A stretch of DNA of 64,000 nt. Origin: Candidatus Gastranaerophilales bacterium (GTDB taxonomy: Bacteria > Cyanobacteriota > Vampirovibrionia > Gastranaerophilales > Gastranaerophilaceae). The notes under the pieces were generated by a model. The model was not told the origin of the DNA, did not search any database, and worked only from the letters and a program-made list of their open reading frames with translations. The stretch spans positions 8,718-72,717 of the forward strand of contig CALVHD010000008.1 of the NCBI GenBank assembly GCA_944327245.1, given 5' to 3'. Position 1 is the first letter of the stretch. Each line of letters opens with the position of its first letter. The position numbers and the translations under genes were made by a program. This document shows, piece after piece, positions 28,024 through 36,892 of this stretch.

Positions 28024-30314
28024 TATTGTTCGCCTGCTAAACCTAAAATTCTTACCTGTTCTTCAATTGAAGTTTCACCTTCTAATATATGTCTTAAACA
28101 TGCCATTTTCAGGGTTTTCATGCCTTGTTTTACTGCATAATCTTCCAATTCAACATCATGAGCACGTTGAGCAATCATTTTTCTAATTTCATTGTTTATT
28201 ACAAGGATTTCCAGAACCGCTAAACGTCCAAGATAACCAGTGTTCTTGCAATTTGGGCAACCATGCGGCTTGTATAATTTTGTTTGAGTTAATTTTTGTA
28301 TTTCTACAGGATCAGTCAAAATTTTCCTTGCTTCTTCATAAGTAGGATAATATTCTTCTTTGCAATTTGGACAAAGTCTTTTAACAAGACGTTGAGCAAT
28401 AATACCTGATATTGTTGAAGAAATTAAATAGTCTTTTGCACCCATTTCAATTAAACGAGTAATTGTAGCTGCAGCAGAGTTTGTGTGAACCGTAGACAAA
28501 ACAAGGTGACCAGTAAGAGAAGCAGAAATAGCAACTTCTAAAGTTTCATAGTCACGAATTTCACCAATCAATATTGTATCAGGGTCTTGTCTTAAAATAG
28601 CACGAAGTGAATTTGCAAATGTAATCCCTGCTTTTGTGTTGATAGAAGACTGATTTATGCCCTCCAAACGTATTTCCACAGGGTCCTCAATCGTGGTAAT
28701 ATTTACAGAATCCGAATTCAAATATCTCAAAATTGCATAAAGAGTAGTTGTTTTACCGGAACCTGTAGGACCTGACGTCAAAACAATACCGTTTGGAGAA
28801 GATGCCAAATATCGAATTTTTTTAATATCTTCTTCGGTAGCTCCAACAATTTCTATTTTATCTGCTTTTGCTTCTTTTGAATCCATCTGAGGAGCAAGTA
28901 CACGAATAACCATTTTCTCGCGACCTGCAACAGGCAATGTATTTACACGGAAATCTTGCGCTTTATTTCTGTATTTTAAAGTAAAAGATCCATCCTGAGC
29001 ACGTCTGTGTTCTGCAATATTCATTCTGGACAAAACTTTAAATCTTGATATAACGGCACTATCAACCTTTGCAGGAATTTTCAAAACTTCTTGCAAAGAA
29101 CCGTCAATTCTAAGACGTACCCTATATCCGACACTCAAAGGCTCAATGTGAATATCTGATGCACGTCTGTCTATTGCCATAGTAATTATTTTATTTGCAA
29201 GCTGAGAAACAGCACCGTCGGAATTTTGAACTTCTTGTTCAACTTGTTCCCATAACTCTGCAGAATTTGATTCAATTTTTTCATCTTCATTAATTTGTTG
29301 AAGTAATTCGTCTGTGTCAGTTTTATCTGCACTGTAGTAAGTATTGATAAAATTCTCAAATTCAACATGGGTAACAAGCATTATTGTGGGCTTTAAACCC
29401 GTTTGATAAACAATCTCATTTATAACTTTTTTATCATTAGGGTTAACCATTCCAACTACTAAAGATTTGTCTGTCATGCTCAAAGGTATAACTTTATTAA
29501 GCTTTACAAAATCTTCAGGTAATATTGAAATAGCAGTCGGCAACGCCTTTAGTTGTTCTGCTGTAGCATACTTCAAACCCATTTGGGCACCTAGGGCTTC
29601 TTTTAAATCTTTTATTGTCACAAAACCCATTTTTACCAACACAGATCCAAGAGGAATGTGCTGAACTTTGCTCTCAGCTAAGGCAATCTCCAGTTGCTTT
29701 TCTGTGATTAACTCTTCCTCAATCAAAATCTCGCCAAGTTTTTTTGTTTGAGGAGATTTAACCATCTTTATGTCGACTTTTCGTTTTTGATTTGGTTTCT
29801 TGCTTGTATTTTTATCATCAGCATCATCCATATCATCATTTAATGTATCATCATCGTCGTCATCATCAATATAATCAACATCATCAGAATCAACAGACTC
29901 AATATCATCACTTGATGAATCATGTTCATCATCACCAAGTTCAATATCATCATCCAAATCAACATCCAAAGAATAATCCTCTTCTGAGGATAAATCTATA
30001 ACTTCATCATCCGAAACTTTATCCTCAACATAAGGTATACCCAATCTGTTTGACATTTCTTTGACAAAAGAAGCAAACAGTATATCAAAATTATCCTTTG
30101 TTAAATATATAAACTCTAATTTGTTTTCAATTTTTTCATTTACATATTTAATTATTTCATCTTTTTTTGAGTTTGTACTTATTGCAATAAAAAAAACATC
30201 ATTTTGTACATTAACCGGAACAAAGGACAATTGTTTAACTGTTTCCAAGTCCAGCTTTAATGCTACCTCAAAGTTAATTTTATGTGTCAATTTTGCAATT
30301 ATAGTGTTGTTCAT
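28023..30314 (-). CDS. pilB: GspE/PilB-family assembly ATPase with extended N-terminus
   Basis: Walker A GPTGSGKTT, Asp box EDPVE, Walker B ILIGEIRD, His box LVLSTVHTNSAA, tetracysteine CPNC...CPNC. N-terminal T2SSE_N-like modules plus an acidic linker. Confidence 0.92.
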   Translation of the reverse strand: MNNTIIAKLTHKINFEVALKLDLETVKQLSFVPVNVQNDVFFIAISTNSKKDEIIKYVNEKIENKLEFIYLTKDNFDILFASFVKEMSNRLGIPYVEDKVSDDEVIDLSSEEDYSLDVDLDDDIELGDDEHDSSSDDIESVDSDDVDYIDDDDDDDTLNDDMDDADDKNTSKKPNQKRKVDIKMVKSPQTKKLGEILIEEELITEKQLEIALAESKVQHIPLGSVLVKMGFVTIKDLKEALGAQMGLKYATAEQLKALPTAISILPEDFVKLNKVIPLSMTDKSLVVGMVNPNDKKVINEIVYQTGLKPTIMLVTHVEFENFINTYYSADKTDTDELLQQINEDEKIESNSAELWEQVEQEVQNSDGAVSQLANKIITMAIDRRASDIHIEPLSVGYRVRLRIDGSLQEVLKIPAKVDSAVISRFKVLSRMNIAEHRRAQDGSFTLKYRNKAQDFRVNTLPVAGREKMVIRVLAPQMDSKEAKADKIEIVGATEEDIKKIRYLASSPNGIVLTSGPTGSGKTTTLYAILRYLNSDSVNITTIEDPVEIRLEGINQSSINTKAGITFANSLRAILRQDPDTILIGEIRDYETLEVAISASLTGHLVLSTVHTNSAAATITRLIEMGAKDYLISSTISGIIAQRLVKRLCPNCKEEYYPTYEEARKILTDPVEIQKLTQTKLYKPHGCPNCKNTGYLGRLAVLEILVINNEIRKMIAQRAHDVELEDYAVKQGMKTLKMACLRHILEGETSIEEQVRILGLAGEQ

Positions 30315-30325
30315 ACTTTCGTTTT

Positions 30326-32239
30326 CTATAAATCATATATTTGACTGTCAGTTGGTTCTTCGCCATCTTTTATAATATGAGGCGTAACAACAATAACAAG
30401 TTCTTCTCTTGTTTTTGAAGTTGTATTATTTCTGAAAAATGCACCAATGAAAGGCAAATCAGAAATTAAAGGCATTTTTTGAATTGTTTGAGTTTCATTT
30501 TCTTTAATCAAACCTGCTAATACAAGTGTTTCACCATCTTTAATTCTTATATTTCTTAGTTCTAAATCACGTCTTTGCAATAACGTTGCTGCAATTTCTC
30601 TTGCACCGGAATCACCTGTTGTATAAACCCTTTCTTTAATAGTTGCAAATTCAGGAGTAATATTCATAGATACATATCCGTCAGGTGATATAAAAGGAAC
30701 AATCTCAATCATCAAACCTTCATCAGAACCAATATCATAAGTTCTTTGAGTTGCACTTGTAACAGTAGAAGAACCTTGTAAAACTTGGCTTGTAACTGAT
30801 TTTACATAATCTGATGTCATATCAATTGTGGCTTTTTTGCCATTTGTTACCATTATCTTTGGATTAGTCAAAACTCTGCCGTTACCGTTTTCAACTAAAT
30901 ATTTCAATTGATATACCAATGCTCTGTTATTTGTTTTTGTAACAATCTCAGTTGTAGTATCAGAAGTTGTAGAATCACCGTTTACAGTAGTACTTGTAAC
31001 TGTAGTCGGATATTGATCACCCCAAATAAAGAAAGGTGAAGTTGTAGTCAGACCGGCATCAGGTCTAAAACCTAAAGAAATAAACGGCGTCCATAAATTC
31101 CACTCATTTGAAAATTCTTTAGAGCCAGTTTCATTTAATTCAATAACGGAAAGTTCAACATAAGCCATTAATTGTTTTTTATCATGCTCTTTTATAAACT
31201 CTTTTATAATTTCAACTTGTTCAACTGAACCGCCATAAATGCCGATTTTTCCCAATTCTGAAAAATATGTAACAGTTAAAGGAGTTGTTTTAAACGCAGC
31301 TAAAGAAGTACCGTAAGTGCCGCTTGAACTTGTAGAAGATGAACTTGAAGAATCAGAAATTTCATCTCTGCAAGCAACTATTCCGCCGCCTAATACAACT
31401 TCTTCATCTTCTATGTCGTTTTCTGTTGCGCTTGAAGATGTTGTAGTAGTGTTAGAATCTGAATTATAAAATAAGGAATCACAAATTAAAGTAGCCATTT
31501 CTTTCGGAGTTGTATGGTTTACTTTAAAATTATTAACCATCGGTTTTGTATCTAAAACAGGCAAAACTCTTTTTACTGCTGTAACATCAGCATTTGATCC
31601 AAAAACAACAATTTGATTTGTTCTTGGATTTGATGTCACGATAGGTTGAGTTGAAAGACCAAATATATTTGATTTAAACAAGTTTTCATTTAAAAACTCT
31701 GCCACACTCTCAGCGTTTACATACCTAACCGGTAAAACCGTCATATTTTGTCTTGTATATGCTGTATCCTTTGCTTTTTCCAAAGTCAAAACAGTAAGAG
31801 TATTGCCATCCATGAAATATGTTAATTGGCAAGATTTAAAAACAACCATAAAAGCATCATTTACCTTTATATTTTTTAAATCCAAAGTAACTCTGCCTGT
31901 AACTGATTCATCAAATGCTATATTTACACCTGCTTTATCAGCCAACATTCTCAATGTTTGTCTAATATCAGAATCTCTTAAAGATATATTTACCTTAGCA
32001 TTTGAATTAGTTATAACCGGACTGGAATCTAATCTTAATGTAGTTTCAACGCCTTTAGCGTCAAGTGAATTCAAATTCAGCAAACTTCTGCCATCAGCAG
32101 GTTGGTTTTGCATATATGAAGTTGAAACACTATCAAGATATGAAACCCTGCTGTCATATCCGAAAACCGATTGAGTTAACAACGTCAAACTCAACAACGT
32201 TAAGCAAATGTTTATCCTACCCGGTTTAAAATTTAGCAT
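30326..32239 (-). CDS. pilQ: secretin (PilQ/GspD family)
   Basis: Signal peptide. N0-like VNISLRDSDIRQTLRMLADKAGVNIAFDESVTGRVTLDL. C-terminal secretin domain (VLTNPKIMVTNGKKATI..., LVLAGLIKENETQTIQKMPLISDLPFIGAFFRNNTTSKTREELVIVVTPHII). Confidence 0.88.
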   Translation of the reverse strand: MLNFKPGRINICLTLLSLTLLTQSVFGYDSRVSYLDSVSTSYMQNQPADGRSLLNLNSLDAKGVETTLRLDSSPVITNSNAKVNISLRDSDIRQTLRMLADKAGVNIAFDESVTGRVTLDLKNIKVNDAFMVVFKSCQLTYFMDGNTLTVLTLEKAKDTAYTRQNMTVLPVRYVNAESVAEFLNENLFKSNIFGLSTQPIVTSNPRTNQIVVFGSNADVTAVKRVLPVLDTKPMVNNFKVNHTTPKEMATLICDSLFYNSDSNTTTTSSSATENDIEDEEVVLGGGIVACRDEISDSSSSSSTSSSGTYGTSLAAFKTTPLTVTYFSELGKIGIYGGSVEQVEIIKEFIKEHDKKQLMAYVELSVIELNETGSKEFSNEWNLWTPFISLGFRPDAGLTTTSPFFIWGDQYPTTVTSTTVNGDSTTSDTTTEIVTKTNNRALVYQLKYLVENGNGRVLTNPKIMVTNGKKATIDMTSDYVKSVTSQVLQGSSTVTSATQRTYDIGSDEGLMIEIVPFISPDGYVSMNITPEFATIKERVYTTGDSGAREIAATLLQRRDLELRNIRIKDGETLVLAGLIKENETQTIQKMPLISDLPFIGAFFRNNTTSKTREELVIVVTPHIIKDGEEPTDSQIYDL

Positions 32240-32288
32240 CTTTATTATATCTCCTAGTTTAATTAATTTTTATATATCCCATTAAGGT

Positions 32289-33497
32289 TTAATCCCTGTT
32301 CGTGGTGGTTGAACTGCGTGTGTTAACATTAACTTCAGATTCTGAAACATAGCTTGAATCAACAATCTGATATTGACGATTGCCGGAAGGAGTGTAGTGA
32401 GCACTTCCATAAAACTCAGAACCGATTTTAAACTCTTCCCCTATTGTTGCTGTATATATATTTTTTCCTAAAGCAATCGCAACAGTTGTTCTTTGAATGT
32501 CGGCAATTCTATATTTATCTAACATATCACCTATCTGAACAAAATAATCATTTCCGTCATATGTAATTATTGCAGAAGGTTTTTTATCATCATACATTAT
32601 ACCTGACACAGATATATTCATAAGTTGTGAAGTATCTTGATCTTGTACTCCATATTCAGCAGGCGGTGCAGGAATGCCGGCTTTGTCATATTGAATAACT
32701 TTTTGAGGTACTTCTACTGCCATATATTTTTGTAATGGCATAAACGGATTTGCTCTTCCTGTTTGAACAACGTCAATAACTTCTTTCTTTTCTTGTTCAT
32801 CAGGCTTAATTTCATCCACCTGTTCTTCGTTAACTACGGGAATATTCTCTTGTTGCCTATTGGCAATGTCTTCCTGTGTTAAATTATTCATTTCGTCTTG
32901 TTTGTTAGGTATAAGAAGCTCATCTTGAGCTAAATTCTTATTTTTTGTGTAATCAATTGCATAATATACACCACCAGCAACTAATATTGCAAAAAGTAAA
33001 GCCAATAAAAGTCCTGTTGAATTTGAAGATTTTTTAATTTGTTCTTTTCTTGGAATAACATCTTGATTATTATCACTTAGGTTGTCATTACCGGAATTAA
33101 TATCTGATTCATCTGCAAAACTTCCGTCTGCCAAGCCGACATTTTGCAATTGTTCATCTATATCAAATACTTCATCTTGGGAATAATCTTCACCGTTTCC
33201 AAATGCATCAAAAGCTTTTTGTTTTGGACTTTGCCCTTTGGAATCGTCTTCATTTAAAATTTTCGCCAGCTCATCATCACTGACATCATCATCTTGCACT
33301 AATTCTAAATCATCTCCAAGATTAATATTGCTTAAATCTTGATCAGAGGTAATATCAGACACATGCTGTTGGTCTTTAATATTAACCAAATCATCTTGAG
33401 AATCTTTAAGCACATCATCCCAACTAACAACTCCGTCGTCAGAAATGTGTATATCTGCCTCGTTCCCTATAATATCTTTTTCTTCCTCAAAAAACAT
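32289..33497 (-). CDS. bitopic pilus-assembly-like protein (acidic cytoplasmic N-region, one TM, PilP/GspC-HR-like periplasmic domain)
   Basis: TM TGLLLALLFAILVAGGVYYAI at aa 161-181, RANPFMPL motif, C-terminal beta-rich ISVSGIMYDDKKPSAIITYDGNDYFVQIGDMLDKYRIADIQRTTVAIAL. Immediately upstream of pilQ. Confidence 0.5.
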   Translation of the reverse strand: MFFEEEKDIIGNEADIHISDDGVVSWDDVLKDSQDDLVNIKDQQHVSDITSDQDLSNINLGDDLELVQDDDVSDDELAKILNEDDSKGQSPKQKAFDAFGNGEDYSQDEVFDIDEQLQNVGLADGSFADESDINSGNDNLSDNNQDVIPRKEQIKKSSNSTGLLLALLFAILVAGGVYYAIDYTKNKNLAQDELLIPNKQDEMNNLTQEDIANRQQENIPVVNEEQVDEIKPDEQEKKEVIDVVQTGRANPFMPLQKYMAVEVPQKVIQYDKAGIPAPPAEYGVQDQDTSQLMNISVSGIMYDDKKPSAIITYDGNDYFVQIGDMLDKYRIADIQRTTVAIALGKNIYTATIGEEFKIGSEFYGSAHYTPSGNRQYQIVDSSYVSESEVNVNTRSSTTTNRD

Positions 33498-33553
33498 CTC
33501 TTAATTCTTATCTCTAATTACTCTAATAATACATAATTATAAATATACTTTTA

Positions 33554-33581
33554 AGTTTACTATGAGTTTTGGTTTTGTCAA
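33554..33581 (-). promoter_or_regulatory. sigma70-type promoter candidate for the pilus-like cluster
   Basis: On the minus strand: TTGACA, 16-nt spacer, TAAACT. Located between the obg stop (33593) and the ATG at 33497. Confidence 0.45.
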
Positions 33582-33592
33582 AATGTAACTTT

Positions 33593-34882
33593 TTAGTAAT
33601 ATTCTTCATCATATGTTAACTCTATCCCGCCAGCGATAATAGTATCACCATTTTTTACCCCGCATTCTCTAAGCGCATCGTAAACACCCATAGAATCAAG
33701 AATATTTGTAAATCTTTTAATTTGCTGAGTGTTCCTAATATCCGTAACAGACGCCAATCTTTTTAATTTGCCGCCTAAAATTTCGTATGTATTTTTGTTA
33801 AGTTTTGTAATTTCAAATTCAGAATCATCATTATCCAATGAAGCTAAATCTTCTTCAATATCCAATTGAATTTTAACATCCTCCACTTCATCAAGTTTAA
33901 CATACAAATAATCTAAAAGCTCTTTTATGCCATGCTTTGTAACAGTTGAAATAATAAATACTTGATTTTTAATATCAAACTTTTTAATGAACTCTTCTTT
34001 TATTTCATCCGCATGGTCCAAGTCAACAATATCAGATTTATTTAAGACGAGAATTTGCTGTCTTTTTGACAGTTCATAATCAAATTTTTCAAGTTCAGTG
34101 TTTATTTTTTGATAATTATTTATACTTTCTGTGCAAGAAATATCCACAATATGCAATAATATTTTACACCTTTGTACATGCCTTAAAAACTCATGTCCTA
34201 AACCTAAACCGTCTGAAGCACCTTCAATTAACCCAGGAATATCAGCAATAACAAAACCATCACCTTCTGGTTTTTTAACCACTCCAAGATTAGGAACTAA
34301 AGTTGTAAAAGGATAATCCGCAATTTTAGGTTTTGCAGCACTTATAACGCTAATTAAGCTGCTTTTTCCGGCATTTGGCATGCCAACCAAACCAACATCA
34401 GCAATTAGTTTTAACTCGAGCTCTAATTCTCTTTCAATTGGCGGCTCTCCTGGCTCACAAAACTGCGGTGCTCTTTTTTGAGCTGTCGCAAAACGAGCAT
34501 TACCCCTGCCGCCCCTGCCTCCTTTTGCAATTAAAACAATTTTATTATCATAATCTAAATCAGCAATAAGCTTATTTGTTTTTAAATCTCTGACAACAAC
34601 GCCAACCGGCATTTTTATATACAAATCGTCGCCATTTTTACCATGGCAATTTTTATTTTTGCCGTTTTCCCCTCGTTGTGCCTTAAAAACAGACTTATGA
34701 GTAAAATCTAAAAGAGTTGACATATCTTTTGTAGCAACAAAATAAACATCTCCGCCGCAACCGCCGTCTCCTCCTGCCGGACCTCCTTTATCAACATATT
34801 TTTCTCTGCGCCAAGCGAGAGCACCGTTACCTCCGGCGCCGGATACAACTTTAATTTTTACTTTATCTATAAAAGCAGCCAT
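33593..34882 (-). CDS. obg: GTPase Obg/CgtA
   Basis: Gly-rich Obg fold (GAGGNGALAWRREKYVDKGGPAGGDGGCGGDV), G1 GMPNAGKSS, G3 DIPGLIEGA, G4 NKSD, C-terminal OCT-like domain. Confidence 0.95.
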   Translation of the reverse strand: MAAFIDKVKIKVVSGAGGNGALAWRREKYVDKGGPAGGDGGCGGDVYFVATKDMSTLLDFTHKSVFKAQRGENGKNKNCHGKNGDDLYIKMPVGVVVRDLKTNKLIADLDYDNKIVLIAKGGRGGRGNARFATAQKRAPQFCEPGEPPIERELELELKLIADVGLVGMPNAGKSSLISVISAAKPKIADYPFTTLVPNLGVVKKPEGDGFVIADIPGLIEGASDGLGLGHEFLRHVQRCKILLHIVDISCTESINNYQKINTELEKFDYELSKRQQILVLNKSDIVDLDHADEIKEEFIKKFDIKNQVFIISTVTKHGIKELLDYLYVKLDEVEDVKIQLDIEEDLASLDNDDSEFEITKLNKNTYEILGGKLKRLASVTDIRNTQQIKRFTNILDSMGVYDALRECGVKNGDTIIAGGIELTYDEEYY

Positions 34883-34885
34883 TTA

Positions 34886-35428
34886 TTATCCCACAAGCCT
34901 TTCGAAATTAATTTTATAATTAATAATATCATTAAAATTAATTTTCGTGTTTGGATTTTTAAATCTTTCCAAAACTATATCCAATAAGAATTGTAGCATT
35001 TGGGAAAAATATTTTCCATCAATCTTTTGATTTATATAATCGTCAATTAAGCGCATAATACAAGGATATGTATCCATTGCAAAACATGAATTTACCGTAT
35101 TTATCAATGTTTCAAGCTCTTTTATCTCGGGGGTTTCAAAAACAATCCACAGATAATATCGAGAGTAATTAAAAATTGACTTTACAATTTCATTTTCTTT
35201 TGTTTTTGATTTTGCTTCATCAAAATATAAAACAAAATCACAATATAAATTGCAATCATCAGAAACTTTATTATTTACAACGGTCAAATAGTCTTTTATA
35301 AAACACCCGAATAAATTTAAATCGTTATTAAAAGCGTGTTTTATATTATATATGCTACGCACTTGTTCAAACTCAAGATTAAAATCTAAAAATTTGAATA
35401 GTTTTTCCATTTGTTCTATGTAATCCAT
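34886..35428 (-). CDS. hypothetical protein
   Basis: 180-aa ORF ending 3 nt before the obg ATG. No motif recognised with confidence. Confidence 0.6.
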   Translation of the reverse strand: MDYIEQMEKLFKFLDFNLEFEQVRSIYNIKHAFNNDLNLFGCFIKDYLTVVNNKVSDDCNLYCDFVLYFDEAKSKTKENEIVKSIFNYSRYYLWIVFETPEIKELETLINTVNSCFAMDTYPCIMRLIDDYINQKIDGKYFSQMLQFLLDIVLERFKNPNTKINFNDIINYKINFERLVG

Positions 35429-35485
35429 ATCAACATTCTACATTTGTTTTTTTTAAATTCAAAAAAGTAATAAAACTTTATTTGA

Positions 35486-36571
35486 CTAGTTTCTATACCC
35501 CATGCCTGCCCTATATCCAGATACTGTATATAACAATGGTAAAGATGGTTCAATCCATTTTAATCCTGACAATAATGATACAGTAGCGATATCATCAGTA
35601 TGCAGACCTAAATCCAGAAGCTCAGGTTTTCTTTCTTTTATCTCCTCCTTTTTAACCTTTGGATTTAATAAAGGACTTATTAAATTCTTTGTAAAAAAAT
35701 TAGCAATCTTAGAACCGCCAAGCACACCCGTTAATATTATTCCTATTGTCATACCAATTGCCCTTGCAGATTTTGACGTGATATTTAATTTTTCTAATAA
35801 TGCCAAAGCACCTCCAGCACCAATATTGCACATAAAAATGTTTGCAAGATATTGATATAAACCTTCGTTTATTTTATCGGGCACTTTCTCACTTAAATTT
35901 TCTTTATTATAAATATCAATTCCTATTCCACCCATTATTCCACCCAAAACAGGTACTGCACCATAAATTGAAAGATAGCCGATTTCCTGAAAAATATCTC
36001 TTGCTTTAATATTTTCAGGATCCGGTATAAATTTTTTCAAAAAAGCATACTCTTTTGGTGTTTTCATAGAAGAAAAAAGTAATTTTACTTCTTTAAAACT
36101 TAAAACTCTTTCTTTAGCTTCGTTTAAAATCTGTACACTATTTACATTTAGTACATTATTATATAAAAATTTATCAATTAATTTTTCATTCTTTTCTTTT
36201 ATTTGATCAATATTTTCAAGTAAGGCTCTCTTTGTCAAAAAAGAAGCAATTTTGGGAGCCAATAAAGCGCTCGACATTGCACTTATAAGTACAATCATCT
36301 TTTTGAAAATTTCCTTATTTGTTCTTCTTTTTTCATCACCGGATAAATTTTTAGTTTTTTCAAACAAATCATAAGAATTTTTTGCCAAATACAAACCGCC
36401 TAGAGTAAACAAAATTTTAGGCATAGATTTATTTAATTTTGCAATCAACATAGGCTGATCAAGAAATTTACCAAAACATGAAATATTATTAATCACCGCT
36501 TTCCCCTTTAACCAGATTACTTTCAATACAAAATTCAGAAAAATTTTTAATTTTTTCAAGTACGCAATCAT
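35486..36571 (-). CDS. hypothetical Gly-rich membrane protein
   Basis: About 360-aa ORF with hydrophobic Gly-rich segments (GAVPVLGGIMGGIGIDI, NIGAGGALALL, GMTIGIILTGVLGG). The start is uncertain: the ATG at 36571 overlaps the upstream regulator by 83 nt, and internal ATGs exist at 36451 and 36424. Confidence 0.6.
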   Translation of the reverse strand: MIAYLKKLKIFLNFVLKVIWLKGKAVINNISCFGKFLDQPMLIAKLNKSMPKILFTLGGLYLAKNSYDLFEKTKNLSGDEKRRTNKEIFKKMIVLISAMSSALLAPKIASFLTKRALLENIDQIKEKNEKLIDKFLYNNVLNVNSVQILNEAKERVLSFKEVKLLFSSMKTPKEYAFLKKFIPDPENIKARDIFQEIGYLSIYGAVPVLGGIMGGIGIDIYNKENLSEKVPDKINEGLYQYLANIFMCNIGAGGALALLEKLNITSKSARAIGMTIGIILTGVLGGSKIANFFTKNLISPLLNPKVKKEEIKERKPELLDLGLHTDDIATVSLLSGLKWIEPSLPLLYTVSGYRAGMGYRN

Positions 36572-36890
36572 CAATCACATGTTCAATTTTGCACGCGTTT
36601 TTATTTGCTGTTTGATAATCGATTTTTAAAACTTGATTAAAAAATTTTAAAAGAATGTTATGTTTATTCAATATTTTTTCTGCTTCAATGATGCCTTTTT
36701 CAGTAATTTTAATCCCTTTTCTTCCCTCATAAATAACCAAATCTAAATCAGCCAGTCTTATTAATGCCTCAGAAACAGAAGAACGAGAAATATTAAATTC
36801 GTTTGCTATGTCAATTGCTTTTAAATTTTTATTATTCAATATTGCTTTATATATCAATTCTAGATAATCTTCAAGACCTGTAGTTAACAT
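36489..36890 (-). CDS. DtxR/MntR-family metal-dependent transcriptional regulator
   Basis: LEDYLELIY start, wHTH (AIDIANEFNISRSSVSEALIRLADLDLVIYEGRKGIKITEKG), dimerisation helix (HNILLKFFNQVLKID...ACKIEHVI). Confidence 0.85.
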   Translation of the reverse strand: MLTTGLEDYLELIYKAILNNKNLKAIDIANEFNISRSSVSEALIRLADLDLVIYEGRKGIKITEKGIIEAEKILNKHNILLKFFNQVLKIDYQTANKNACKIEHVIDDCVLEKIKNFSEFCIESNLVKGESGD

Positions 36891-36892
36891 TG

